A stretch of 64,000 nucleotides of DNA from an uncultured Nitrososphaerales archaeon (GCA_963695855.1 CAVOHZ010000004.1:70877-134876), one strand, 5' to 3'. Counted from the stretch's first letter, positions 30,035-41,664 are shown. The notes: generated by a model not told the origin, from the letters alone. Made by a program: numbers and translations.

Positions 30035-30344
30035 TAGATTGACATCACAAGCTGTGGATTACAATCATATCTTTTTTAATTTGGGAAAGTTTTTTGAACT
30101 AATTATATGAAAAATTCTTTTTCGTTTGAATAGTAAATTGTCACTTGGTTGTATATTGTATCTTATTGTTGTGTATGGCTCATAACTTTATTATTAGATA
30201 GGATGTCATCTTGTAGATGATGGTTTTATATCCTATTATGATTCCATAGAAAAACATTTACAAAGTACTAAAAAATCAATTTATTGTCAAATCACAAGTA
30301 CATTTAAAGGGAGAAACACTCTAACAATTCATGGCATAGAAATA

Positions 30345-30824
30345 ATGGTTATTATAGTAGATGAAAAATTGATGATTAATCATCATCAGGATAAAAAACT
30401 AGCAAATGTAACAGTAACTGGAGAAATAAGATTTTCTCCACAAGAATTGTATCAAATGAATACATCCGAGAAAAGATTATTTAAATTAAAATGTGAATTA
30501 TGGGGACAAGATATGATTGCTAAAGATAAGTTATATACATTTAATCCATTAAAATATTATCCAGGTGTCTCTCAGAATATATCCGAAACATTTACATTCA
30601 AAGAAATATTGTCAGAAGGCGTTTTAGATGAAGATTTAGGAAAAAATGAAATATATGCTAAGCTTATTTTGACCAATCTATCTACGGGAAATCAAGTTGT
30701 AGATAAAACCAACACTGTAAGTTTAGGAAAAAATGAGGTATATGCTAAGCTTATTTTGACCAATCTATCTACGGGAATACTTTATTGTGTAGCCCATTTC
30801 ATAAATCATTTTTTATACATTTAG
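30345..30824 (+). CDS. Hypothetical protein with duplicated C-terminal segment
   Basis: LGKNE(I/V)YAKLILTNLSTG occurs twice. Confidence 0.55.
   Translation: MVIIVDEKLMINHHQDKKLANVTVTGEIRFSPQELYQMNTSEKRLFKLKCELWGQDMIAKDKLYTFNPLKYYPGVSQNISETFTFKEILSEGVLDEDLGKNEIYAKLILTNLSTGNQVVDKTNTVSLGKNEVYAKLILTNLSTGILYCVAHFINHFLYI
30635..30777 (+). repeat. 56-bp direct repeat (30635-30690 and 30722-30777)
   Basis: Two copies 87 bp apart with two mismatches. Confidence 0.9.
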
Positions 30825-30992
30825 TGGATAAGATATAGTTATCCGACATATTTTTCAATATAGTCTAGGCAACGCTGGTAGAAATACCTGCAAATCCACT
30901 GACTATTATTTTGTTGACCTCCTTGTATTTTGATGGGTTTTTAACGGGAATACCGTAATTGCAAAGTATATTATAGAAAGTAAACCAATAAA

Positions 30993-31318
30993 AATATAGG
31001 AGGCTTAGAGGGATCTTTTGAATATTTTGAAAACTCCATTAAAATGTTCAATGATTTGACTAAAAAAAGTACAAGAGAAAGAAAGGATTTTAATCTAACT
31101 ATTTTAACATTTCCATATATTCTGACAAGAAGTCCTAAAAACGAATGAGCTCCGATGAACGGAACAATAGAGGAAATTGGATCTGATTTATCTAAACTCA
31201 AAAGTTTTGCGTGGACAGAGTAATTTTTGCCATGAATGCAGAAAAAAATTATGATGTAAACGAAACTATTGAATTCTTTGTAAAATTAAAAAAGTTCTGT
31301 CAATATAATAGGTATTAA
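30993..31318 (+). pseudogene. 3' remnant of an LLM-class (F420-dependent-like) oxidoreductase
   Basis: ...*APMNGTIEEIGSDLSKLKSF/VDRVIF matches the luciferase-like C-terminal GT.EE+...L......GVD.VI pattern; internal stop and frameshift; no 5' half. Confidence 0.55.
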
Positions 31319-31420
31319 ACATCATTTATATTGATAGGCTAATTAATGTTGTTTCGTTTCATGCTTGTTAAATATTATATTTTTATAATTTAATTATAAC
31401 AATATTCAAATTTTATAAAA

Positions 31421-32101
31421 TTAGTTTTTTTCATCTTTGAAATTTATTATGGAATGATTGCCATCACAAAATGGTTTATTATTAGATGTACCACATCTAC
31501 AAAGTGTATAATGTTCTTTTGACGCATCATCTGGAAATTCCGCTCCTACTAGTTCTATGCCACCAGTAATATAATATGGTCCATCTTTGCTTACCTTAAC
31601 CAACTGTTTTCCATCGTAATCTCTATATTCAATGCCGTCAATCGAATAACTAAGCGCGCCTGAAGGACATTTTTTTATTGTTTCAATAATTTCTCTAGTT
31701 ATTGCTCGATCTGGATCTATCCAGGGTCTTTTATTTAAACTGAATACCGATGATAAATTATTTACACATTCAGCTGCATGGGAACATATTCTTCTATTAT
31801 CATGAATAGTAATTTTGCTGCCTACGTAACTTTTTCTTTTTGAACTGGTTTTGTTGTTATTATTGTCGGCATTTTTGCTTGAAAACCTTGTTACACCATG
31901 AGTTCCATCACAAAAAGGCTTATTCCTTGACTCCCCACATCTACATAATGCTATTCCTTGAATATTTGATAGTCTTTCACCCTTGGAATTTTCTAGATTT
32001 TCTATAACTTTAATTTCTCTATCGTTGATTAAATATAATGGGCCATTTGGTAATGGTACAATCATTGGTTTATTATCGGTTTTTTTACTATTATTCTCCA
32101 A
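31421..32101 (-). CDS. Protein with two CDGSH Fe-S domains around a ferredoxin-like domain
   Basis: LCRCGESRNKPFCDGTH and LCRCGTSNNKPFCDGNH; central CSHAAEC...CPSGAL. Confidence 0.92.
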   Translation of the reverse strand: MENNSKKTDNKPMIVPLPNGPLYLINDREIKVIENLENSKGERLSNIQGIALCRCGESRNKPFCDGTHGVTRFSSKNADNNNNKTSSKRKSYVGSKITIHDNRRICSHAAECVNNLSSVFSLNKRPWIDPDRAITREIIETIKKCPSGALSYSIDGIEYRDYDGKQLVKVSKDGPYYITGGIELVGAEFPDDASKEHYTLCRCGTSNNKPFCDGNHSIINFKDEKN

Positions 32102-32183
32102 TGTTAATATAATAATTTATCACTACTCTAATTTATCTTTCATTTTTTTATTTATATTCAATAACTATTTGACTTAATTTTAT

Positions 32184-32450
32184 TTATTTTATATAGATCT
32201 TATCTTCATAACACCATTTCCAGTCTTCTCCAGGTTCGTATGATTTTATAATTGGATGACTTGTTTCTTGAAAGTGTTTTGTTCCATGTTTATTGATTGA
32301 AGAATCACAACAGCCAACATGACCACATGAAAGACAAAGACGTAAATGGACCCAAGTAGAGCCAATTTTTTCACATTCTTCACAACCTGTTGTATTTCCA
32401 TTTATGTTATCATTAACTTGATCAATGTGCGAACATCTATTTTGATTCAT
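32184..32450 (-). CDS. UBP-type zinc finger protein
   Basis: CEEC..WVHLRLCLSCGHVGCCDSS..KH...H...HP. Confidence 0.92.
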   Translation of the reverse strand: MNQNRCSHIDQVNDNINGNTTGCEECEKIGSTWVHLRLCLSCGHVGCCDSSINKHGTKHFQETSHPIIKSYEPGEDWKWCYEDKIYIK

Positions 32451-32856
32451 AACTTTATAGAGAGGTTTAATTTATATAAATATAGAGTAATCAATTACCA
32501 AAAAAAATAATTTATTTAAAAGAACCTAAATTATAAACACAGTACAAAAATGAATATGTAAGTTATTTTAAATGATGATTAGTCACACAATCAGCAAATA
32601 TGAAATGAGATCAAGTGTAAATATTGAAAAACCCTAAGGAATGATCTTGTTCTTTATGTCTATTAGTTTGATTCTGGAAATTTTATCTACTGCTAACATT
32701 TCTTCTAATCAATGGATAAAACTACGTATTGTATTAAGGATATTCCATATTATTAGAGAAGAAATTATAGTCAAGACTTTTAAAACAGCAAATACATTGA
32801 TTGTACCGCTTCTGGATTTTGTTTAATAAGATTCTTTATTTTGTAACTTTATTTTA

Positions 32857-32898
32857 TATTTTATATTCTATATTTTATATTCTATATTTTATATTCTA
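32857..32898 (+). repeat. 14-bp tandem repeat TATTTTATATTCTA x3
   Basis: Three perfect copies, intergenic. Confidence 0.85.
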
Positions 32899-32977
32899 CC
32901 GAGAGATTAAAATTGTTTTTTATTTTTTCTTTTTATTTTTTCTTTTTTATTATTTATATCGATAACCAGGTAAGTCG

Positions 32978-33634
32978 TCATCCAAATAAACCGAAAAAGG
33001 GCTTATTTTTGGCTTTATCATTATCTTTTGCAATTGTATTAGTTTTATCAACATTTTTTGTATCACTACTATATTTTATATTCTCACAATCATTTTCTGG
33101 AGTGGTATCTTTTTGTGTGAGGTTAAAATCAGTAACTGTGTCCGTCGTCTCCTCGCCACACATGAATATGTCTTTACCAAATCCACCTGTTAGTGTATCA
33201 TTTCCAGGACCTCCTATCAATACATCATTTCCTCTATCTCCAAATATTCTATCATTACCTTTTCCTCCATCTATGCGATCGTCTCCTGCCTTTCCTTTTA
33301 AGACATCTCTACCTTCATTTCCATATAGGATATCATCACCATTTCCACCGCTTATATCATCTCCAGCTTCTTTTCCATCTATCGTATCATTTCCACCAAA
33401 TCCTCTGATAGTATCTTGATTCAATGTGCCAACAATATTGTCTGGGTTTTCTGTTCCGTTTATCTCCTCTGCCCATACCATTGGGAGTCTATCATCATAT
33501 TGTTGTCCTTCTTTATTAGATCCTGTTTCCAAAAATACAGTAAAACAGGATAGTAGTAGTAATACACAAAACAAGGATATGTAAAATATTGAGATATTTG
33601 GATGTATAGTATTTGAAACAATCGAGTTATCCAT
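32978..33634 (-). CDS. Exported RTX/hemolysin-type Ca-binding repeat protein
   Basis: N-terminal TM/signal; about 10 GGxGxDxL-type nonapeptides; probable start is the ATG at 33634. Confidence 0.85.
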   Translation of the reverse strand: MDNSIVSNTIHPNISIFYISLFCVLLLLSCFTVFLETGSNKEGQQYDDRLPMVWAEEINGTENPDNIVGTLNQDTIRGFGGNDTIDGKEAGDDISGGNGDDILYGNEGRDVLKGKAGDDRIDGGKGNDRIFGDRGNDVLIGGPGNDTLTGGFGKDIFMCGEETTDTVTDFNLTQKDTTPENDCENIKYSSDTKNVDKTNTIAKDNDKAKNKPFFGLFG

Positions 33635-33932
33635 TCTTCTTCTTCGTCGTATATGGATATTATTATTACCAATAAAGAATGTATGACTTGGTCTCATCTA
33701 TTATAATAATAAATAGTAAAAAGCGATTTAAAGAATTATTGCAGGATACTTGCATAAAAAACGTGTGGTATTATTGTCAATAGAATTTTATGGGTAGATG
33801 GGTAGATAATTTATCAGTGTACCGTAATCTACTATAGTCAGGCTGATTAATATTTACAAAATAGATTTTTTTATATGTTTATAGTGGTAATGATTATCAC
33901 ATACTGATATGTGTGATTTTAGATAGTGCTAA

Positions 33933-35377
33933 TCATGTGTAATCTTCTTCTGATACTATCTCTTGTTGACTATTTTCAGCTGGTAATATTCTATATATTG
34001 TTCCATCTTCTTTACCGAAAGTAAGGACATAAAGATAACTATCAGATCCCACTTTTATATCTGTAATACCACCAAAACTATGTCCAAATACTGCCTGATT
34101 AATTTCTCCTTCACTCGCAACTTTATCTGCAAGTGATTCATCAAGTAATAATCCTTTTCTTTCTTGGTCGAGTTTAAAGTAGTAGAGATTACCATTCTGG
34201 ATATCTCCTACAAAAATATCATTTTCATAATTTTTGCTAATTTATCAGAATTAAGAAACTTGAGAGCAGTAGGAGCAACATCCCATACAAATTCAGGAGG
34301 ACTATATTTTCCTTTTCCCCCAAAGTCCACTAGACCATAATACTCAGCATTTATTGGAGGCCCTACTAATTCTCCTTTATTCCATCCATTATCTAAGGTC
34401 CAAAATCCCTGTATATTAGCCCATCCGCCATTAGAGCCTGGTTCCACAAGATTAATTTCATCGCCAAAGGTGGGACCATTCTCTGTATCCCATATATTAC
34501 CTGTTACAGGATCAAAATCAAATCCAAAGCTATTCTTTATTCCATATACATAATATTTGTTTAATGGATGTTCATCTCCTAGAATACCTTCACTGCCTAC
34601 TACTCCACCACCTTGAGTAATTCGAAGTATATCGGCTCTTCCATCAGGTTCTAATCCATTTACATAATTTTGAGCTTTGGTCTGAGAATCAGGATAATCT
34701 ACCCTGCTAAATGCAGTTGGTCTTTGGTCTCCAACTACAAGGTACACATTATTATCATGTCCAATACCAATCATGCCCCCCAACGTGAGAATCATCTGGC
34801 CAAGCTGGTATGTCCAAAAGCAAAGTAGAATTTGCTAATCTAGTGTTATCGTCTATTAGTTCATGCTTGTAAACACGGTTCAAGGGAAAATCACTTTTTG
34901 TTGGTCCAGCTTCAATAAAGAATAAAAAACATATGGATTTGGGTATATAGATTCAGTTCCAGAGCTAGTTGTATTCTTTCCCTTTGTAGCAATATCGATT
35001 CCTAGCATTCCCCTTTCATCTTTAGAGTTTACATTAACTTGAAGTAATGGTTGTTGTAACATTTTACCATCTAAAATCCTCTGTGTAGTACCTTCGTCTT
35101 TCTCCAAAACTAATGTATCGTTTGAGGCCAAGAATGCCATTACAGAAGGTGATCTTAGTCCATTGTAGACTATCTGAGCAACAAGGTTGGGATCGTTAAT
35201 AGTCGGTCCTTCTGGATTTGCTTTTGGCTTAGTAGCATAGGCACTAATTGGAAAATAATCACTCAGATAATCTCCGGTCGGTATCGAATTCAAAACTAAA
35301 ACTGCTAGTGAAACTAGAACAAAAATTGCAGTTGGGTTTACTCTAGAAACAGATAGCACTGAAAAAGCACATTTCAT
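33933..35377 (-). pseudogene. PQQ-dependent glucose/sorbosone dehydrogenase, three frameshifts
   Basis: Signal peptide, ERGMLGI, H.GG, YGIKNSFGFDFDP, ENGP..GDEIN, FGGITD, GTIYRI are recoverable by frame changes near 34925 (T run), 34778 (G6 run) and 34236. Confidence 0.88.
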
Positions 35378-36526
35378 TAGTGTATTTATTCTATATCTAT
35401 TTTCACAAATGATATAATGTCTATGTCAAAATATCATACTATTACTGCTCCTGATTTTGCAATAGTAATAAAATCTTTTACATAAATTTACTATAGAATA
35501 TCTCTTGGCATGGGCTATTCTTGAAAAATGTAGACAAATATAATAAGGTCATACTCAAAAACGGATTTAGTAGAAGAGAAAAAAGTTATTCTTTCTGTTT
35601 TTTCATTTAACTTGATTTAACATTTATACATTCTATAAAAAGTTATGTGAATAAATAAACAGTTCTTCATGTAAAATTGTACTATTCATAAGCTATGATT
35701 TTTTCGAATTTTTAACATTAATCTATTTATGTATTACTAATAATTTTAATAGAATTTTTGTAGATGTTTTTTTGATGATATTATACGTCATAATTTGTTC
35801 TACATTTGATAATTCGACGACTATATTTTGTAATTTAAATTTTCTACTCATTATTGATATAGAAAAAGCATGACTATAATTCTTTTATATTTTTTATTTT
35901 TGATCTTTTCTTTAACAAGCTGAAATTCGTCATATTCACCCTGTCGCCAATAATAGAATGTAATACCCACATAAGTCGACAAAGAATATATCATTTCAAA
36001 ATAAAAGCTATAAAATACTTAAGTAGGATACGAAAATATATTATATTATGAATTTTTTTTATCTATGTTATCATAAAATAATTGAGAATAGTTTTTTATT
36101 TAACAAATTATATATATATTATTTGAAGGTTTATTAAATATTTATAATTATAATTATCAACATAATTATCGGTATGTTATCAAAGCCTTAACAGGATCGA
36201 AATTCATACATCTAATAGTGTTTCGAACTGTATGAAATGAAAACATATCATTCGATAAATCTCCATACCCAACTTATTTGCTCCAGTATTTCAATTAAAG
36301 TTCTTTAAAAATATATAATATTATTTTTATTTTTGTTTGAAATTCATGACAAATTGTAATACTAGTTGTTATAGAATTATAATTATAGAATTATAACATC
36401 TAAAAATCAACAGATAAAATAATCGTATTAGAATGATCGATAACAATAAACTTATGATAATGAGTAGAGTAATAAGATATTATAATTTTTAGCATTCTAA
36501 ATAAGTGTATTAAATATAAATGCAAT

Positions 36527-38350
36527 ATGCGCAACCCAGTCTTTACCGCCGTACTATTATCAGTGCTTTTATTATCAGGGGTTATCGCCACATCAATGAT
36601 CTCATTTATTGGTGCAGAGGCATCCTCAGATAAGCAAGAAAAAAAGAAAGAGAAAGATAAAAAAGATTATTATGAGAACTACGATGAAGTCAAAGATGTT
36701 TATGAATCCGCAGATCATGATTCTTACAAAATGCCGATGACAGATCAATATTCAGATGGTTATAACATGAATGACTATACAGCAGGAGCAGATCAATATT
36801 CTGATGGTTATAACATGAATGACTATACAGCAGGAGCAGATCAATATTCTGATGGTTATAACATGAATGACTATACAGCAGGAGCAGATCAATATTCTGA
36901 TGGTTATAACATGAATGACTATACAGCAGGAGCAGATCAATATTCTGATGGTTATAACATGAATGACTATACAGCAGGAGCAGATCAATATTCTGATGGT
37001 TATAACATGAATGACTATACAGCAGGAGCAGATCAATATTCTGATGGTTATAACATGAATGACTATACAGCAGGAGCAGATCAATATTCTGATGGTTATA
37101 ACATGAATGACTATACAGCAGGAGCAGATCAATATTCTGATGGTTATAAAACAGATGGATATGTTTCTGAACAAGATAAACAAGGAAAATATAAAGATGA
37201 TGACAAAGGAGACTATAAAAATAACGACAAAAAAGCAATTAAAAAAATCAAGATAATTGAATGTAGGAACTCTAATCTCAATGGAGATACATTAGATGAT
37301 CTCGAAACCGTGAAAACAATGAAATCTGAAAATCCTATTGTTAAACAATTGGAAAATAAACAATTAGGGAATCAAATGACTGACTATAATCAATATAATG
37401 GAGGTGTTTATGAATTCTATATTGATTCAGACACCAAGATAGTATTCATATGCACTAATGAAAATTATAACTTAGACTCTGATAACAATATAGATGCATT
37501 AAAGACCACAAATACAGATTCAACTACAATAGAAACTACAGAGAGTGGTAATGCAATAATGCAACAAAAACAAGGACAACCCGTACAACAACAAGAACAA
37601 CTAAAACAACTAAAACAACAACAACAAGGACAACAAAAAGAACAACAAAAAGATACTAGATTATTGAATTCTGGTAATGCAATAATGCAACAAAAACAAG
37701 GACAACCCGTACAACAACAAGAACAACTAAAACAACTAAAACAACAACAACAAGGACAACAAAAAGATACTAGATTATTGAATTCTGGTAATGCAATAAT
37801 GCAACAAAAACAAGGACAACCCGTACAACAACAAGAACAACTAAAACAACTAAAACAACAACAACAAGGACAACAAAAAGAACAACAAAAAGATACTAGA
37901 TTATTGAATTCTGGTAATGCAATAATGCAACAAAAACAAGGACAACCCGTACAACAACAAGAACAACTAAAACAACTAAAACAACAACAACAAGGACAAC
38001 AAAAAGAACAACAAAAAGATACTAGATTATTGAATTCTGGTAATGCAATAATGCAACAAAAACAAGGACAACCCGTACAACAACAAGAACAACTAAAACA
38101 ACTAAAACAACAACAAGAACAAATACAACAACAACACCTACAAAAACTACTAAAACAACAACAACAAGGACAACAAAAAGAACAACAAAAAGATACTAGA
38201 TTATTGAATTCTGGTAATGCAATAGCAACAGGGGATCCTGACGATAGATTAAATTTAGTAACGAACGCGATGATTTCCGGCCAAAATACTGACTCCTTAT
38301 CAAAGATGGATGTCGACACAACACCAAATTACCTAAATATTATCAAATAA
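36527..38350 (+). CDS. Secreted low-complexity protein with Tyr/Asp-rich and Gln-rich tandem repeats
   Basis: Signal peptide ending AEA; 8+ copies of DQYSDGYNMNDYTAGA; a two-Cys unique core; 5 Gln-rich units of about 42 aa. Confidence 0.85.
   Translation: MRNPVFTAVLLSVLLLSGVIATSMISFIGAEASSDKQEKKKEKDKKDYYENYDEVKDVYESADHDSYKMPMTDQYSDGYNMNDYTAGADQYSDGYNMNDYTAGADQYSDGYNMNDYTAGADQYSDGYNMNDYTAGADQYSDGYNMNDYTAGADQYSDGYNMNDYTAGADQYSDGYNMNDYTAGADQYSDGYNMNDYTAGADQYSDGYKTDGYVSEQDKQGKYKDDDKGDYKNNDKKAIKKIKIIECRNSNLNGDTLDDLETVKTMKSENPIVKQLENKQLGNQMTDYNQYNGGVYEFYIDSDTKIVFICTNENYNLDSDNNIDALKTTNTDSTTIETTESGNAIMQQKQGQPVQQQEQLKQLKQQQQGQQKEQQKDTRLLNSGNAIMQQKQGQPVQQQEQLKQLKQQQQGQQKDTRLLNSGNAIMQQKQGQPVQQQEQLKQLKQQQQGQQKEQQKDTRLLNSGNAIMQQKQGQPVQQQEQLKQLKQQQQGQQKEQQKDTRLLNSGNAIMQQKQGQPVQQQEQLKQLKQQQEQIQQQHLQKLLKQQQQGQQKEQQKDTRLLNSGNAIATGDPDDRLNLVTNAMISGQNTDSLSKMDVDTTPNYLNIIK
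36743..37149 (+). repeat. 48-bp coding tandem repeat, 8 copies plus a partial copy
   Basis: Units start at 36743, 36791, ... 37127; near-perfect identity. Confidence 0.97.
37547..38224 (+). repeat. About 126-bp coding tandem repeat, 5 units (126, 114, 126, 126, 174 bp)
   Basis: GGTAATGCAATA recurs at 37547, 37673, 37787, 37913, 38039 and 38213. Confidence 0.95.
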
Positions 38351-38358
38351 CAGTGATA

Positions 38359-38380
38359 ATCCTTAATTCGATTTAGGGAT
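38359..38380 (+). terminator. Stem-loop after the repeat-protein gene, followed by T-rich tract
   Basis: ATCCTTAA-TTCGAT-TTAGGGAT, 8 bp after the stop codon. Confidence 0.35.
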
Positions 38381-38722
38381 CTTCAATAATTTTTATTTTT
38401 ATGAAAGAAAAGAAGTTATAGAATAATAAATTTCAAATATTTTCATAATGTAACAATTCTTTTAGATTAGTATAAAAAAGATTTTCTCGACATCATCATA
38501 AAATGATGAGAAACATATTCCTCGGTAAAAAATATAACAACGGACAACAAAAGTAATAATATTGTTAATAAAGAGATTTCGAAGATTTAAACAAATTAAT
38601 TTTATTTTTTTCTACTATTAAAAATAGTATTAAAAATTTCTCTAATAACTTAATAAAATGTGCTAAAACAAATCAAATTTTTTAATGTCAGAAATAGAAT
38701 TTCAAATTAAATGATCTTACCT

Positions 38723-39550
38723 TTATCGTTTGATTAAATTATAGAATTTTTCATCTGTAACTGCATAGAAAGACAGTCTGGTCTTCACATCAAGATCAGA
38801 ATCTAATTCTTTTCCATCAATAGAGTACAATTTTCCACCTGCTTCTTTTGCTATTAGATATCCCGCAGCCATATCGGTGGATCGTATCTTTCCTCTAATA
38901 TCGATATATGCATCCATAAATCCTCTAGCAAAATAACATAGTTCAAGAGCATTGGCACCAAAATGTCTTATATGATTAGAACATGAAAGCATAGATAAAA
39001 GTTCTTTTAGGATATTTGATGGTATTCCAGAAATATTTGTACCGATAACAAGATCAATGGATTTGAGGTCTTCTAGAGACTTAACCGCATTAAAATTTGT
39101 ATTTCTTACTTTGATTTTTTTATTATTAAAATATGAACCTTTATTCTTTGATGCTGAAAATATATCACCAGTAAAGAGGTCTAGAACCACTGCATCAATT
39201 ACAGAACTAAGTTTAAATTCTGTTGCATATGCCAATGAACAACAAAAAAAAGGAATACCGCGTGTTGCGTTAGTAGTTCCGTCTACCGCATCCATTATCA
39301 AAAACCCATTATTTTCGTTCGTATTATTTTTTTCATAAATTAGGCCACACTCTTCTCCTACTACGATGGGAAAAAAATCTGATTGTCTAATGGTTTTTAA
39401 TACAACTTCTTCAGCGACTAAATCAATCTTTCTGGATATATCTCCTCCTGCACCAAGAGAAATTTTTAATGCTCCCTCATCTGTTCCGACAAGATTTTTA
39501 ACTTCCTGATATACATTTTTGGAAGCTTGGATTAATGTATCTAATATCAT
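38723..39550 (-). CDS. Inositol monophosphatase / fructose-1,6-bisphosphatase family
   Basis: GEECG, DAVDGTTN, RHFGANALE, DMAAGYLIAKEAGG. Confidence 0.9.
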   Translation of the reverse strand: MILDTLIQASKNVYQEVKNLVGTDEGALKISLGAGGDISRKIDLVAEEVVLKTIRQSDFFPIVVGEECGLIYEKNNTNENNGFLIMDAVDGTTNATRGIPFFCCSLAYATEFKLSSVIDAVVLDLFTGDIFSASKNKGSYFNNKKIKVRNTNFNAVKSLEDLKSIDLVIGTNISGIPSNILKELLSMLSCSNHIRHFGANALELCYFARGFMDAYIDIRGKIRSTDMAAGYLIAKEAGGKLYSIDGKELDSDLDVKTRLSFYAVTDEKFYNLIKR

Positions 39551-39889
39551 AAAAAATATTTATTAGATATATATTATAAATGATGTATCAATGTAAAAAA
39601 TGATGGCAGTCATTCAAACTGAAACAGAATGAAAAAATTCAATTTTTGAGCTGTTCTTGAATATTGCTCTTTCTTAACTTCATTATTTTATAAATAGCCA
39701 TTTTTATACCCATATAGATACTATAAAACGTTCTTGAGACCATAGTATTACAATAGTGTCTTTTACTTTTAAACTTTAATCAAAAAAGAAGTTTTGAAAG
39801 GTTAGAATACTTTATACTTTATATAAAATATCTAAATCTATTTCTGGAAAACAGATTGTTTCGTTCCTAATCAAAAATAAGAGGGAAAC

Positions 39890-40231
39890 TCAAATAGGAA
39901 ACTCAAAAGATGATTGGTCAAGTTCTAATATTGGAATATAGATAGATTGAGTATCATTTCCAATATTATTAACAAATTCGAATTTTCCTGTCAGTTGTCT
40001 TAGTTCGATAAATTTTCTTGATGGTTTTTCATCAATAACAATATAGTGAACGACTGTATTGACTGCCCCAGTTTCTATGAATAATAATTGCTTTTCTCTG
40101 TAATTAATGTGATAAAGCATAGGAATCATTCCTATAGGAGATTGGGCTGCAAATAAGATTACTTTGAGCATATCTTCAAGATCATTATATTTTAGATATG
40201 TGATAGAATTGGATTCTTGGGTTGATGACAT
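39890..40231 (-). CDS. Hypothetical protein
   Basis: Clean ORF with an upstream TATA-like element; no motif recognised. Confidence 0.65.
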   Translation of the reverse strand: MSSTQESNSITYLKYNDLEDMLKVILFAAQSPIGMIPMLYHINYREKQLLFIETGAVNTVVHYIVIDEKPSRKFIELRQLTGKFEFVNNIGNDTQSIYIPILELDQSSFEFPI

Positions 40232-40374
40232 CTAATAAATCTTACATCATATAAAACAATAACCTATAATACTCTTTCTTTCTTTGATCCTTTACAGAAA
40301 GTTGGATTAGACTACGTTAAAAAATTTAGAATAGGTGTTGATAAATATAACGGTAATTTAATAAATCTAAATCA

Positions 40375-41019
40375 TTGAAGAATCTAACAAAATACTGTTT
40401 TTTCATTCTATTTAGTGTTATCGTTATTATTTTTAATCTCAATTTTTTTGATAATCCAATAAGTAGTTATAAACAATATGATGAGTTAAAAAGACAAATA
40501 GAAATTTGTTGTACGTGGGGTGATACACTTGAAGATGGAATACTGACTTTTGAGATAATTAATGCAAAACCGGAATCAAAAACGCTTGTGAAAGCTGCTT
40601 TCAGCTATTGGGACCAAAATCTTGATGTATTAAGATTTAAAGAAGCAGATGATGAAGAAAAAGTAGATATTAGTGTCTCTTTTGGAAGCGACAATGGAAA
40701 AGTAGCGGGTCAAACGATAACTAATTTTGATTCAAAAGGATTTATTTATAGTAACAAAATTTTTCTAGCTGAAAATGCTTTCACAAAAAAACTAACTAAT
40801 AATTTGATAGAATATATTGCTAAGCACGAGATTGGTCATGTATTAGGTCTTGGTCATGCAAATTTTGATGACTCTTTGATGTCTTCTTTGGTATATAATA
40901 CAAATAACAAAATCGATCAGTGTGATATAGAAGCTGTAATGCAAGCTAACAAATGGAAATTTATTGATAATTCCGTCGTTCCTCAATTAACTAAAAATAA
41001 AAGTTATATATGTAAATAA
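40375..41019 (+). CDS. Matrixin-like (metzincin) zinc metalloprotease, exported
   Basis: HEIGHVLGLGH plus Met-turn SLM; N-terminal TM. Confidence 0.88.
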   Translation: MKNLTKYCFFILFSVIVIIFNLNFFDNPISSYKQYDELKRQIEICCTWGDTLEDGILTFEIINAKPESKTLVKAAFSYWDQNLDVLRFKEADDEEKVDISVSFGSDNGKVAGQTITNFDSKGFIYSNKIFLAENAFTKKLTNNLIEYIAKHEIGHVLGLGHANFDDSLMSSLVYNTNNKIDQCDIEAVMQANKWKFIDNSVVPQLTKNKSYICK

Positions 41020-41304
41020 TATATTATAGTTGTAACATATCTTCTATTTATAAGAAGGTACAATAATTAACTTTAATTTTTATCTGTGGTATTCTATTAA
41101 AAAATTCGTAGTAATACAGATTTCACTGAATATATTATGGGTAGGAATTATTTCTTTTATGGTAACATAATGTAAATATACAGTTACATTAAATATATAA
41201 AATATTAAAATAACATATAATACTTTCCTAAAACAATGTTATAAATTTGAACCATACATGATGATGATGATAATTGATTAGCGGCTAGTAATATAAAAAA
41301 ATAC

Positions 41305-41577
41305 TTAATCTTGTATGTTATGATCTTTATCATCTGGAGTGATTAATTCCATAACCTTTGAATATAAATATAGAAATCTTCTTCCTTTATCTGTAATTCT
41401 GAAAATCTGTTCCTTTTCAAGGTATTCAATTAATTCTCTTTCTAATAGTATTGAAAGATATTCTTTTAATTGACTATAAGAAAGAAAAGCTTTATACATT
41501 ATTTTTGTTTTAGCTGCACCATCTTTAGTAGCCTCCAATATTAGCGCTACTATATCAGTTCTGCTTCTATATTTCAT
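41305..41577 (-). CDS. Winged-helix transcriptional regulator
   Basis: RSRTDIV..IL, KTKIMYKAFLS, ITDKG..FL. Confidence 0.88.
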   Translation of the reverse strand: MKYRSRTDIVALILEATKDGAAKTKIMYKAFLSYSQLKEYLSILLERELIEYLEKEQIFRITDKGRRFLYLYSKVMELITPDDKDHNIQD

Positions 41578-41664
41578 AGATAAATTTTATAGAACAAATG
41601 TTTCATAAAAATTGATCGCAGAAAAGATATAATTTAAAATTGGATGCAAAAAAGATATAATCTA

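Noticed and set aside
32641-33672. ORFs 32641+, 32913+, 33193+ and 33460-
   Set aside because: They are low-complexity or antisense/alternative-frame shadows of the RTX-repeat gene, with no motifs.
35378-36526. 1.1-kb AT-rich intergenic region as an ncRNA or origin
   Set aside because: There is no GC-rich structured segment. Only a 14-bp tandem duplication (36369-36396) and AT palindromes expected by chance are present.
36690-37238. Two repetitive minus-strand ORFs; also the 48-bp array as a possible CRISPR
   Set aside because: The ORFs are shadows of the coding repeat. The units are contiguous with no unique spacers.
37465-38319. 284-aa Cys-rich ORF resembling a metallothionein
   Set aside because: It is the antisense reading of CAA (Gln) repeats in the plus-strand secreted protein, which has a signal peptide and a coherent structure.
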